Assembly: GCA_038816475.1 (NCBI GenBank)
Contig: JAWBAI010000005.1
Location: 1-64,000, forward strand
From: Desulfurococcaceae archaeon
GTDB taxonomy: Archaea > Thermoproteota > Thermoprotei_A > Sulfolobales > Desulfurococcaceae
Direction: 5' to 3'
DNA length: 64,000 bases
How positions within the stretch are numbered: position 1 is the stretch's first letter; each line of letters starts with the position of its first letter. The position numbers and the translations under genes are program-made. The notes under the pieces are model-generated. The model was given only the letters and a program-made list of their open reading frames with translations. It was not told the DNA's origin and made no database searches. Shown here piece after piece: positions 18,271 to 26,785 of the stretch.

Positions 18271-18282
18271 CGTGGTGATACG

Positions 18283-19311
18283 TTGAGCGGAGAATTCAAC
18301 CTGACATTGCACCGAGCCGCTTCAATGCTCTTCCTGATATTTGTGCTCGCGTGTAGTTCAGCAATTTTACACAGCGAGAACAACCCTTTGATCGTTGTTA
18401 CGTTCTACTCGTTGAAAGAGGACGTTGAGCAGTTGCTCTGCGGATCCGGAGTGGTTCACTCCTTGGTTAACCCAGGGGTCGATCCCCACGAGTACCAGTT
18501 GTCCATGGAGGACATTAGAATCCTTAGCCTAGCAGACCTGATCATTTCAACTGGTCACACACACTTTGAGCTCAGGATCAAGGAGCTCGTCGAGAGGGGT
18601 GAAATCAAAGCAAAATACGTCGATATCGTGGATGATGCAACAGTGATTCTACGCGTGAATCCGGTTACCGGTAAACCGAATTACCACATGCCTATCAGAG
18701 ACCCCTACAACTACGTGGTCTTCGTTTTCAAGGTGGCAGAGGTCCTATCAGAGGTTGACCCCTCGAGAGCGAGTTGCTACTGGAGTAAAGCCTTCACCAT
18801 TGCGGGAAGCGTCCTGAACACAGCTTCAATGCTAGCTGGAAGGTTCAGGGGGTTGGTCGTTGTTGATAAACCACACGTGCAGTACGCTGTTTCGTGGCTT
18901 GGTTTCAATGTTACCTACATACTCAAGTACGAGGAGGAAGCACCACTAACACCTGAGCACGTGGACGTGCTTCTAGAGCTCCTGAATCGAGGAAACGTTA
19001 TAGCCGTGTTCGTAACAGACCCTCCTGATGCACCTGAATCCAGGGTTCTTCAGGAGGAAGCTCAAAAACGCGGTATACCTGTACTAAGAGTTCCTTCAGC
19101 GGTAACGACGGGCACGTACAAGACTATTAGAAGTGTAGCAGAGCAGGTATCTATGCTTGAGTTAGATAGCACTCGTGAGGTACCAGTGCATGGAGCTGAG
19201 CGTGGAGCTCTGGATATGTATGGCATAGCACTGGGGTTCACACTGGGTTTTGTAACCGGCTTTGCACTTCTTTACGTCATCTCCGCTAGGAGAAGACCAT
19301 ATACCAACTGA
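18283..19311 (+). CDS. Metal (Zn/Mn) ABC transporter substrate-binding protein (ZnuA/TroA family), C-terminally anchored
   Basis: GVDPHEY and NYH metal-ligand motifs; N-terminal signal and C-terminal TM. Confidence 0.9.
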   Translation: MSGEFNLTLHRAASMLFLIFVLACSSAILHSENNPLIVVTFYSLKEDVEQLLCGSGVVHSLVNPGVDPHEYQLSMEDIRILSLADLIISTGHTHFELRIKELVERGEIKAKYVDIVDDATVILRVNPVTGKPNYHMPIRDPYNYVVFVFKVAEVLSEVDPSRASCYWSKAFTIAGSVLNTASMLAGRFRGLVVVDKPHVQYAVSWLGFNVTYILKYEEEAPLTPEHVDVLLELLNRGNVIAVFVTDPPDAPESRVLQEEAQKRGIPVLRVPSAVTTGTYKTIRSVAEQVSMLELDSTREVPVHGAERGALDMYGIALGFTLGFVTGFALLYVISARRRPYTN

Positions 19312-19320
19312 AGAACTCGG

Positions 19321-20133
19321 GTGAGAACCCTGGTTCATCCCACCATGTACTACCGTTTGATCGCCTACGTAGCCATGGGTGGTGCCATGGCTGCCATCAG
19401 CTTCGTAGTCTACTACAGGAGGCTCGAGTTCCTAGCAGCTGGTGCAACACACTCCGCCTTACTCGCTGTCGTCCTCGGAGTCTTGTTGGAGTACTACACA
19501 GGTTTGAATCACTATGTTCTAGCACTGCTGATCGGACTCGCTATTATTTACGCAGCCGGTGTCCTAGTGAAGACGGGCTTAACACCGGAGAAGGCTTCTG
19601 CACTACTGGTATCTTTCACATCAGCATCAGCTGTTCTATCAGTGCACTACGCTTTGACCATGATGCCAGGTAGAGTATCGTTATCCGCGCTGATTCTCGG
19701 AGATCCTCTCCTTTTAACAGTAGACGAAGCAGTTCTTGGAATTACTTTGTCCTTCACTATTATCGCAGCTGTGTACCTGTTGCGCCGAGCTGTTGTAGAA
19801 ACCAGTGTAGACGAGGTCTCAGCCAAGATTGCAGGATTGAACACGGCTTTCTACGATCTAGTGGTTTACACGCTGATCGGCGCTGTAACTATTGGCATGC
19901 TGAGGCTCGCTGGGTACGTGATGGAGCACGTATTCGTACTCCTACCTGCACTCGCTACAGCTGAGTTCTCCGGTAGCACCGATGAGCACTTGGTTCTGAC
20001 GATCACAGCTGGTGTTCTCTCGGCTCTTCTAGGATTCCTTCTATCGTACTTAGTGAGGTCTATTCCAACCGGTGTAACAGGCTTACTGCTCCTAGCTCTA
20101 TTTATACTTGGTCGTCTTAAACCACGTAGATAG
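19321..20133 (+). CDS. Metal ABC transporter permease (ZnuB family)
   Basis: HSAL, ILGD and DEVSAKIAG motifs; multiple TM helices. Confidence 0.9.
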   Translation: MRTLVHPTMYYRLIAYVAMGGAMAAISFVVYYRRLEFLAAGATHSALLAVVLGVLLEYYTGLNHYVLALLIGLAIIYAAGVLVKTGLTPEKASALLVSFTSASAVLSVHYALTMMPGRVSLSALILGDPLLLTVDEAVLGITLSFTIIAAVYLLRRAVVETSVDEVSAKIAGLNTAFYDLVVYTLIGAVTIGMLRLAGYVMEHVFVLLPALATAEFSGSTDEHLVLTITAGVLSALLGFLLSYLVRSIPTGVTGLLLLALFILGRLKPRR

Positions 20134-20144
20134 GGTGGTAACGC

Positions 20145-20543
20145 TTGGTTTCAAAGAAGAGATTCGGTGTAAGTATTCCCGCAGATGTTGCTGAAGTGCT
20201 AGACGAGATCGCTGCCGAAACCAGGCGTAACAGGTCCAGCTTGGTTGCTAAAGCTATAGAGGAGTACATACACGAGGAGCTACACTACAGTAGAGAGCAC
20301 ACCTGCTCAGGAGTACTCATACTGTGGGGTAGTGGAGCACCAAGTGATGGTGACCTCGGAGACCTCAGGACGATCGTCAAAACATCGTGCTCTGTTAGAT
20401 TTGCAGACTACGTTGTTACCGTATTATTCGTTGAGGGCTCCTACGACAAGATCAGGTTTCTGATGAGCAAAGTAGCTGGTAAAACCGAGTTCTCAAGGTA
20501 TATACCGCTTTACTGTATCTACCGGAGGAAGAAGCAACGTTGA
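20145..20543 (+). CDS. CopG/NikR-like ribbon-helix-helix regulator with an ACT-like C-terminal domain
   Basis: KRFGVSIP...LDEIA...NRSSLVAKAIEEYI RHH motif; C-terminal VLFVEG segment as in NikR. Confidence 0.85.
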   Translation: MVSKKRFGVSIPADVAEVLDEIAAETRRNRSSLVAKAIEEYIHEELHYSREHTCSGVLILWGSGAPSDGDLGDLRTIVKTSCSVRFADYVVTVLFVEGSYDKIRFLMSKVAGKTEFSRYIPLYCIYRRKKQR

Positions 20544-21421
20544 GTATTGACTCGTACAGAGTATCCTTTAAACCCGTGAACGGCTACTGGTTTACATCCT
20601 TCCTGCTGAAAAGCATTGAGGGCAAAACAGGGTGCTTTACGACCACACTGGACCTCGGGGTCTCAACTACCAGGGTTTGCGTAGAGAACGGAGAGCTCGT
20701 GGTGAACAAGCTAAGAGTAAACATAGAGTCCGTTAAGCCCAGCGAGGACGATAGAGTAGTGCTACTTGAGGAGAGTGGAGCAATCTACGAGGTTGTTAAG
20801 CACACCATTATGGGTTTCTACAAGCTTAAAGCAGTAGCTGTGGATAAAGCACCTACACTCGAAATCAGTGGAATACACATGCACAGGATAACCAACGTAG
20901 ATCCGTGGACTGATACCCTACTCAAGGTTAAAGCTGCGAGAATCAAGCGTGGCTGCAGGGTGCTTGATACATGCATGGGTCTTGGTTACACCGCAATAGC
21001 ATCTGTTCTCAGAGGTTCAAATGAGGTTTACACGTTCGAGATCGACGAGAACGTTATTTGGATAGCTGAGAGAAACCCCTGGAGTAGGTTGCTAGCGGAA
21101 TTCTCGATAAGAGTTCATCTAGGTGATGTAACAAAGCTGGTACACTACCTGCCATCCAGCTACTTTCACAGAATAATACACGATCCCCCTAGGTTCACGA
21201 GAACAACAGGTGAACTCTACAGTACTGATTTCTACATGGAACTGTTCAGGGTTTTGAAGCCTAACGGTCTCCTCTTCCACTACACTGGTGAACCCCGAAG
21301 ACACGGTGCTCCAAGCATACTAAAAGGCATAAAGGAAAGACTAGAGAAAGCTGGTTTCAGGGTACTACGCTACGATGAGAAAGCACAGGGATACGTAGCC
21401 TATAAACCGTATTCTTTGTGA
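20540..21421 (+). CDS. Archaeal SAM-dependent methyltransferase (COG2521-like)
   Basis: APTLEISGIHMH, VLDTCMGLGYTA, NPWS, IIHDPPRF and FHYTG motifs. Confidence 0.88.
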   Translation: MSIDSYRVSFKPVNGYWFTSFLLKSIEGKTGCFTTTLDLGVSTTRVCVENGELVVNKLRVNIESVKPSEDDRVVLLEESGAIYEVVKHTIMGFYKLKAVAVDKAPTLEISGIHMHRITNVDPWTDTLLKVKAARIKRGCRVLDTCMGLGYTAIASVLRGSNEVYTFEIDENVIWIAERNPWSRLLAEFSIRVHLGDVTKLVHYLPSSYFHRIIHDPPRFTRTTGELYSTDFYMELFRVLKPNGLLFHYTGEPRRHGAPSILKGIKERLEKAGFRVLRYDEKAQGYVAYKPYSL

Positions 21422-21493
21422 CGCGCAGAGAGGCTACAGCACGCTCACCCATTCATACTCATCTATTTTAGCAACCATACGCATTCCAGAAAC

Positions 21494-21546
21494 ATGTGAT
21501 GAAAGCATCCTAAGCAGAGCTCGTGAAGAGGGTTAGGGGGCTGATG
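21494..21546 (+). ncRNA. C/D box sRNA (2'-O-methylation guide), candidate
   Basis: C GTGATGA 21496-21502, 12-nt guide, D' CAGA 21515-21518, C' GTGAAGA 21523-21529, 11-nt guide, D CTGA 21541-21544; intergenic; TATTTTA about 25 nt upstream. Confidence 0.75.
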
Positions 21547-21848
21547 ACCCTAATCCTGAATTCACCTATGTGTGTAAAGACCATGCTAGCTTGTTCAACG
21601 CATGAGCGCTTGTCCTACGTATGAGAGAACATGGCTGTAGACGCGGTTTCTAGGACTACTGATTTTCGAACCTTACCGATGCTAAACGTTGTTAACCTTG
21701 TAAGACTTCGTTAAACCCCGCAGGTGTTAATGCTTACATAAACAAGTTAATTCTTCATGCTGGCTCGGAACCAAAGGAGATGTACCATCAGGTGGAAATG
21801 CCGTATTTAGGTGGTACGTTGACTAGTCGCTGTGATCACTCTTTCTCT

Positions 21849-22388
21849 CTAGCTTAACGAGTTACGAGCGTCCACAGGTTTAACTTGGGGTTTGTAAATG
21901 TAGAAATCATCTACGCAGTTTAGCTTAAAAGAGTATTCCTGGTCGAGATCGCTTGGGAGAACCTTGTATGTTCTGGGATGCCCTGTGATTACAGCAACTC
22001 CTTTCTCGTTGATCACGCGCTTGAGTTCGTGAAGAGCTTTTCCTTTCTCTTCTATAGCGCCCCATGTTGAAATCGAGAGTGCATAATCGAAAACACCGCT
22101 TCTCAGTGGTAACTTCTCGGCGTACCCGAGGATGATCAGAGCTCTTGGTTCTTTTACTAGCTTTTTTTGAGCTTCGATGAGAATCTCTTCATCGGGGTCC
22201 AGGCATATGTACCTCTTGACTCTGTAGTTCTTGATTTTAAAGTACTCGTATAGTAGTGCTGTACCGCAACCAGCATCCAGCAAGTCTCCACGTGGTTCGC
22301 CTACAAGCTGAACGAGGCAGTTGTACTTCTCGAACTGCTCATCCTTGTACAGCTCGTCGTACACACTAGGCTTAACGAGGCGTATCAA
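21849..22388 (-). CDS. Class I SAM-dependent methyltransferase
   Basis: LLDAGCGTA and AEKLPLRSGVFD motifs. Confidence 0.88.
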   Translation of the reverse strand: MIRLVKPSVYDELYKDEQFEKYNCLVQLVGEPRGDLLDAGCGTALLYEYFKIKNYRVKRYICLDPDEEILIEAQKKLVKEPRALIILGYAEKLPLRSGVFDYALSISTWGAIEEKGKALHELKRVINEKGVAVITGHPRTYKVLPSDLDQEYSFKLNCVDDFYIYKPQVKPVDARNSLS

Positions 22389-22390
22389 GG

Positions 22391-23179
22391 TTACCCCTGC
22401 TTTCTAAGGAACTCGTCGAGGGGTTTTGCTCTTTTTACCTGCTTCTTCTTAACCAGCTCCCAGATTTTCCTTAGATCAACGTACCTGTACTCTAGTCCGA
22501 GCCTATGGAGCGTTTCTAGTGCTGTTGGTGAAAAGGATGGTGCTACGAGTATACCTCTGGGAGTTACACCGTGTTCTCGGCGGTAAGCTTCTACGTACTT
22601 GTAGAGTTGTAGTACGGCTTCGCGTGTGGCCGTTACACGTTTAAGCTCTATTAGCACCCGCCTCTTGTGCTTGTCCATGGCGTATATGTCTACGTAGCCG
22701 TCTCCAACTGGTTTCTCAACTTCAAGTACTTCTAAACCTTCCTCGATGATCCAGGGGTTTTCAGCAATCGTATTCCTCATAACATTCTCGTCTACGTACA
22801 TAACGAACTCAGCTTTGTCCACGAGTTTTCTCGCTATTGCATAGTACACCTTGCTGAATGTGATCGTTAAGTACTCTCGAGGCGAATCGCGAACACCATG
22901 CAGTAGAAGACCCACCTCGGGCTTGTAGGTGACTTCGATAACCGAGGTTGATGGTTGCCAGTTAACCGGTGAATAGCCTGTTGGTCTATGCACAAGCATA
23001 GCACCATCCTGCTTTATCACTACAATCCTCTCGCCGCGTTCGAGTCTCGAAGAGCCTCTGCCCTCATAGTCAACACTACACTCACCAATGATCACCACTG
23101 TGGATTTTTCAAGTAGAGCTCTTCTGATGAACTGCAGTACGTCCTCTAGCTCTGGTTCAACCAGTATTTCGCTTTTCAA
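22391..23179 (-). CDS. nucS: Endonuclease NucS (EndoMS)
   Basis: CSVDYEGR, IKQDGAMLVH, PVNWQP, VDI..IELKR, QLYKY and RGILVAP motifs; C-terminal KPLDEF PIP-like motif. Confidence 0.95.
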   Translation of the reverse strand: MKSEILVEPELEDVLQFIRRALLEKSTVVIIGECSVDYEGRGSSRLERGERIVVIKQDGAMLVHRPTGYSPVNWQPSTSVIEVTYKPEVGLLLHGVRDSPREYLTITFSKVYYAIARKLVDKAEFVMYVDENVMRNTIAENPWIIEEGLEVLEVEKPVGDGYVDIYAMDKHKRRVLIELKRVTATREAVLQLYKYVEAYRREHGVTPRGILVAPSFSPTALETLHRLGLEYRYVDLRKIWELVKKKQVKRAKPLDEFLRKQG

Positions 23180-23208
23180 TGCTGAATCCTCCTACCCAGT
23201 GTTAATAC

Positions 23209-24135
23209 TTGAGCATGCTGATAAACGTACAGGAGGGGTTAAACGGTTTGAAGATAAAGCTTGTAGCCTTCGACAGCATGGGAGTTAGAAGCATGGCTAC
23301 ATTCGTGGAGACAAGCGAAGCAACAATATTCATAGACCCTGGTGCAGCCCTCGGTCCACGCAGGTACGGTTTACCACCACACGATGTAGAACTCAAAGCA
23401 CTGGAGGAGAAGCTGAACGAGATATACAGGCTGATCCCCGAGTCACACGCTCTCGTTATAACCCACTATCACAGAGATCACTACCTCTACAGGCGTGGAG
23501 AAGAAGAATACTACAGCGGTAAAGTAATCTACGCTAAAAACCCATACAGCTCTATAAACCCGAGTCAGAGAATCAGAGCTTATGTTCTCTACAGAAAAAT
23601 GGGTGTTGAAGCAAAAGCCTCCAGGATAATCTACTCAGATGGACTATTGGAATACATTGGTAGAGTTAAACTAGAGTTCTCAAATCCACTGCCACACGGT
23701 GAATGCAACTCGAAGCTTGGCTGGGTCATAGGTGTAGCCATTGAGGAAGACGACTACAGAATTGTCTACGCTAGTGATGCTCAAGGACTTCTATGCAAGG
23801 ACTCATTAGACTTCGTAGTTAAAAAGCCCTGGAACATGCTGATCGTCAGTGGACCAGCAACATACCACATGAAAAACCCCGATCCACAGGTAGTCATGGA
23901 GAACCTGCTCAGAGCTACTAGCAATGCGGATGAGAAAGCAGTAGTCGTAGTTGACCATCACCTTCTCAGAGACATCAAATACAAGAAGTACCTGGAGTAT
24001 CTTAGAAGAATGAGTAGAGCTAGAGTAGTAACAGCGGCTGAGTACATGGGCTCCGAGGTTAAACAACTCGAAGCATACAGGTTCTCATTGTGGGGATTAA
24101 GATCACACGAGGAAACAGCAATCGAGGAGGAGTAG
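23209..24135 (+). CDS. UPF0282 metallo-beta-lactamase-fold hydrolase (start probably TTG at 23248)
   Basis: DSMGVRSMAT, IDPGAALGPRRYGLPP, THYHRDH, SDAQG and DHHLLRD motifs. Confidence 0.88.
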   Translation: MSMLINVQEGLNGLKIKLVAFDSMGVRSMATFVETSEATIFIDPGAALGPRRYGLPPHDVELKALEEKLNEIYRLIPESHALVITHYHRDHYLYRRGEEEYYSGKVIYAKNPYSSINPSQRIRAYVLYRKMGVEAKASRIIYSDGLLEYIGRVKLEFSNPLPHGECNSKLGWVIGVAIEEDDYRIVYASDAQGLLCKDSLDFVVKKPWNMLIVSGPATYHMKNPDPQVVMENLLRATSNADEKAVVVVDHHLLRDIKYKKYLEYLRRMSRARVVTAAEYMGSEVKQLEAYRFSLWGLRSHEETAIEEE

Positions 24136-24198
24136 AATCACGAGCTTGCACACAGACCTTGCAGATGCATATAAAGTCCCAGTATCCCAGAAGGATTA

Positions 24199-24258
24199 TA
24201 CGGATGATTTGCGTTGAGCCCCGCGACTGATGCGTGATGAAAGCGACCTCGAATGATA
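24199..24258 (+). ncRNA. C/D box sRNA, candidate
   Basis: CGGATGA 24201-24207, CTGA 24227-24230, GTGATGA 24234-24240, 12-nt guide, ATGA 24253-24256; TATAAA at 24170-24175; intergenic. Confidence 0.6.
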
Positions 24259-24321
24259 AGGTTTAAAAATCCTTGTTTAAACAACAATAACGTAGTCTAC
24301 TTTCACGGGTCATGGTGAGAA

Positions 24322-25215
24322 TTGAGTAAAACCATAAAAGTACTGTTCTCAATAAACCTGATCTCAGTTGTTCTCAAAACTCTCAGTGCAACTGGTACAA
24401 GCGCTGTTAGCGTGTTTCTCGATCTCCTGAACGACGCGGGCGATACAGTTGGATTAGGGCTTCTCCTCACGGGTCTACACTTCAAGCCTAAGAACCCCAT
24501 TGCGTATCCCTACGGAACTAGAAGAGCTGTGTACGTTCTCGGTTTGGTCTTCATAATTCTGGTGTCAGTTCTGCTTTTCGTAGTTTCATTGTTCAAGATG
24601 ATATCGTTGCTACAGGGAGAAGTTTCAGTAGAGTCTAAGCCGTACGCTGTTCTTGCATTTGCAGCTGCTTTTGCTTTAAACCTGTACGGCTTGTACGTTG
24701 TCTTGAAAACCAAGAGAACTGGTGCAAGCGATCCAGCATCCACCAGTGGTTTAATAGATGCTCTAAGCGATAGCATGGGCAGCTTTGTGGCATTACTCGC
24801 GATGATCACCGGCAGTATACTCGTGGATACCATTGGTAGCTTCCTAATACTAGCTGTAATACTCATCTCGGCTGTTACCATTTCGCACAGGTACTTCCAC
24901 GTACTAGTAGGTAAGTCTCCGCCTAAGGAAGTGCTCAGAAGAACACTTCAAACCCTGCTTTCGCTACTCGAGGTTAAAGACGTGAACGTTTTCAATGCAT
25001 CAATGATCACGGAGGACGAGTACATGCTTGTGCTGGAAGTCGAGGTAGACCGTGAAATGGATGTAGAAGACTTGGAGAAGCTCTCGAACATCATTGAGGA
25101 GAAAGTGAAGCAGGTTGAACCCAGGTTCAAGCACGTAGTAGTAGAGTTTGTAGCTGAGAGAAAAGACAAAACCTACAGAAGAATCGTCAGCGAAGTTGAC
25201 AACCTAGAGGAGTGA
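24322..25215 (+). CDS. Cation diffusion facilitator family transporter
   Basis: Six TM helices, DLLND and DALSD metal sites, YPYG motif, C-terminal dimerisation domain. Confidence 0.9.
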   Translation: MSKTIKVLFSINLISVVLKTLSATGTSAVSVFLDLLNDAGDTVGLGLLLTGLHFKPKNPIAYPYGTRRAVYVLGLVFIILVSVLLFVVSLFKMISLLQGEVSVESKPYAVLAFAAAFALNLYGLYVVLKTKRTGASDPASTSGLIDALSDSMGSFVALLAMITGSILVDTIGSFLILAVILISAVTISHRYFHVLVGKSPPKEVLRRTLQTLLSLLEVKDVNVFNASMITEDEYMLVLEVEVDREMDVEDLEKLSNIIEEKVKQVEPRFKHVVVEFVAERKDKTYRRIVSEVDNLEE

Positions 25216-25661
25216 ACTCCACGAGGTAAACCCAGGCTAACCGTACGATCATTGCCTAAGATGGGTTTAAACGTTAAATGGTGTTCTCGCATTTGCTCAA
25301 TATGAGCTTTTCTCCCTGGTTACCAATTTATTGAGCTCTTGAAAAGCCTTACCTTCTTATCGTCACCTATATCCGCTAATACATTCACAAGATCTCTTAT
25401 CGTGTAAGCAGAAACTCTTCATACTAGATAAGCTACTAGAAGCAAACAGCTTAACTACGGCAATAGCGTGGCTTAGTGCTGTGTACTACGCTACCCACGT
25501 AGCATCATAAAAGGCTGAAACGGAGAGTAAAGCCTACGACTAGTTAAACCTCTCCTACTTTTTAGACCTTTCATTGTCCTCTCACACGAACATTAGCCTA
25601 AATGAGCTTGATTGAAGTTGGGAAAGGAGGTTAAAACGTAGAGTTGAGGTTCTACGAACCG

Positions 25662-26195
25662 CTATCCGAACACTACTCCAGTGACTAGTAGGAGTCCCGG
25701 TATAAGTAGAGTTAAAAAGGAGCAGACAAGGCACCAGTACTTAGCTGCTTTACCGTACGTAGGCTTTCCTGTTAGTAACGCGAGGACGAATAGCAGGTAC
25801 ACTATAAAATATGCCCAGCAGAAAGCTGAAAATATCAACAGGCCTACTATTACGAAGTAAATTGCATACATAGCATCAGCTATTCCCAAGTACATGAGAA
25901 AGCATGCCAGTGTCTTAGGGCTTAAACCTCTTATACTCCATATACCAGCCATGATGAAGGTGAAAGCAAATACTATTACCAGAGCTTCAGGAAGAGCGAG
26001 TCCAAGCCCTATGTACGCGAACAACCCTGTAATCAACCCTATGAAACCTGCTGCAGTAACCAAAAAACCAACAGCCTTAGCTTCAGCTTTTCCAAATAGT
26101 TGCCGAGCGAACATGAAAAGTACCAGACCGTAGAACATCATAGCAGTTCCAACGGGTTCCAGGATTAGAAACTGCATACAGATAATCCTTTTCAA
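25662..26195 (-). CDS. AmiS/UreI-family urea/amide channel (start probably ATG at 26177)
   Basis: About six TM helices; GKAEAKAVG, FAFTFI and C-terminal TLLIPG resemble the AmiS/UreI signature. Confidence 0.7.
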   Translation of the reverse strand: MKRIICMQFLILEPVGTAMMFYGLVLFMFARQLFGKAEAKAVGFLVTAAGFIGLITGLFAYIGLGLALPEALVIVFAFTFIMAGIWSIRGLSPKTLACFLMYLGIADAMYAIYFVIVGLLIFSAFCWAYFIVYLLFVLALLTGKPTYGKAAKYWCLVCSFLTLLIPGLLLVTGVVFG

Positions 26196-26330
26196 TTTTC
26201 AATTTGTTTTTACTCATACAGGGGTCAGGTATCTTGGTTAATAGTTAGGTTCGATTAAGTTTGGTTCGGTTTTTTAACACCTGCATCGGGATTTTTCAAT
26301 GAACTTTTTCATACCCTGGTACCGTGCCGA

Positions 26331-26723
26331 TTAGTCCTCTACGTATTCTTTGAAATCTACTTCCTTCCCGTGCTTTACAAACTTTATTCTGAGTTCCGGT
26401 TTGATGTCTAGACCGAGACGCCTTATAATTGTGTATACTGTTAAGCCATCGATCTCCTTTATCACCCCGCTGTTCAGCAACTTGTAGAGCTCTGGTATGA
26501 GGACTCTATAGATATCCGGGTACATGTTCTTGAGCTTCTCCAGTAGTTCTACGGCTTTCTCATCGGTGGCTTTGCTTAAGACCACCTTCTCGGGGTCTTC
26601 ACCGGGTTCTTTCTTTGCCTCCTTCTGCTGTTGAGCAATCATCTTCATGTACTTCTTCATCTTCTGCATTACAATAAACTCTGGTAGGTCCTCTGTAAGC
26701 ATAGTGTTAAACCCTCTCTGCAT
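26331..26723 (-). CDS. Small PDCD5-like (dsDNA-binding domain-related) protein
   Basis: Charged N-terminal helix then KAVELLEKLKNMYPD...IDGLTVYTIIRRLGLDIK...RIKF, resembling PDCD5/COG2118 relatives. Confidence 0.55.
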   Translation of the reverse strand: MQRGFNTMLTEDLPEFIVMQKMKKYMKMIAQQQKEAKKEPGEDPEKVVLSKATDEKAVELLEKLKNMYPDIYRVLIPELYKLLNSGVIKEIDGLTVYTIIRRLGLDIKPELRIKFVKHGKEVDFKEYVED

Positions 26724-26785
26724 TCTCTACTTGTTGGTTTTATTTGAGTAGTGGTGTTTAAAGTGTTTGAAGATGTAGTTAGGTA

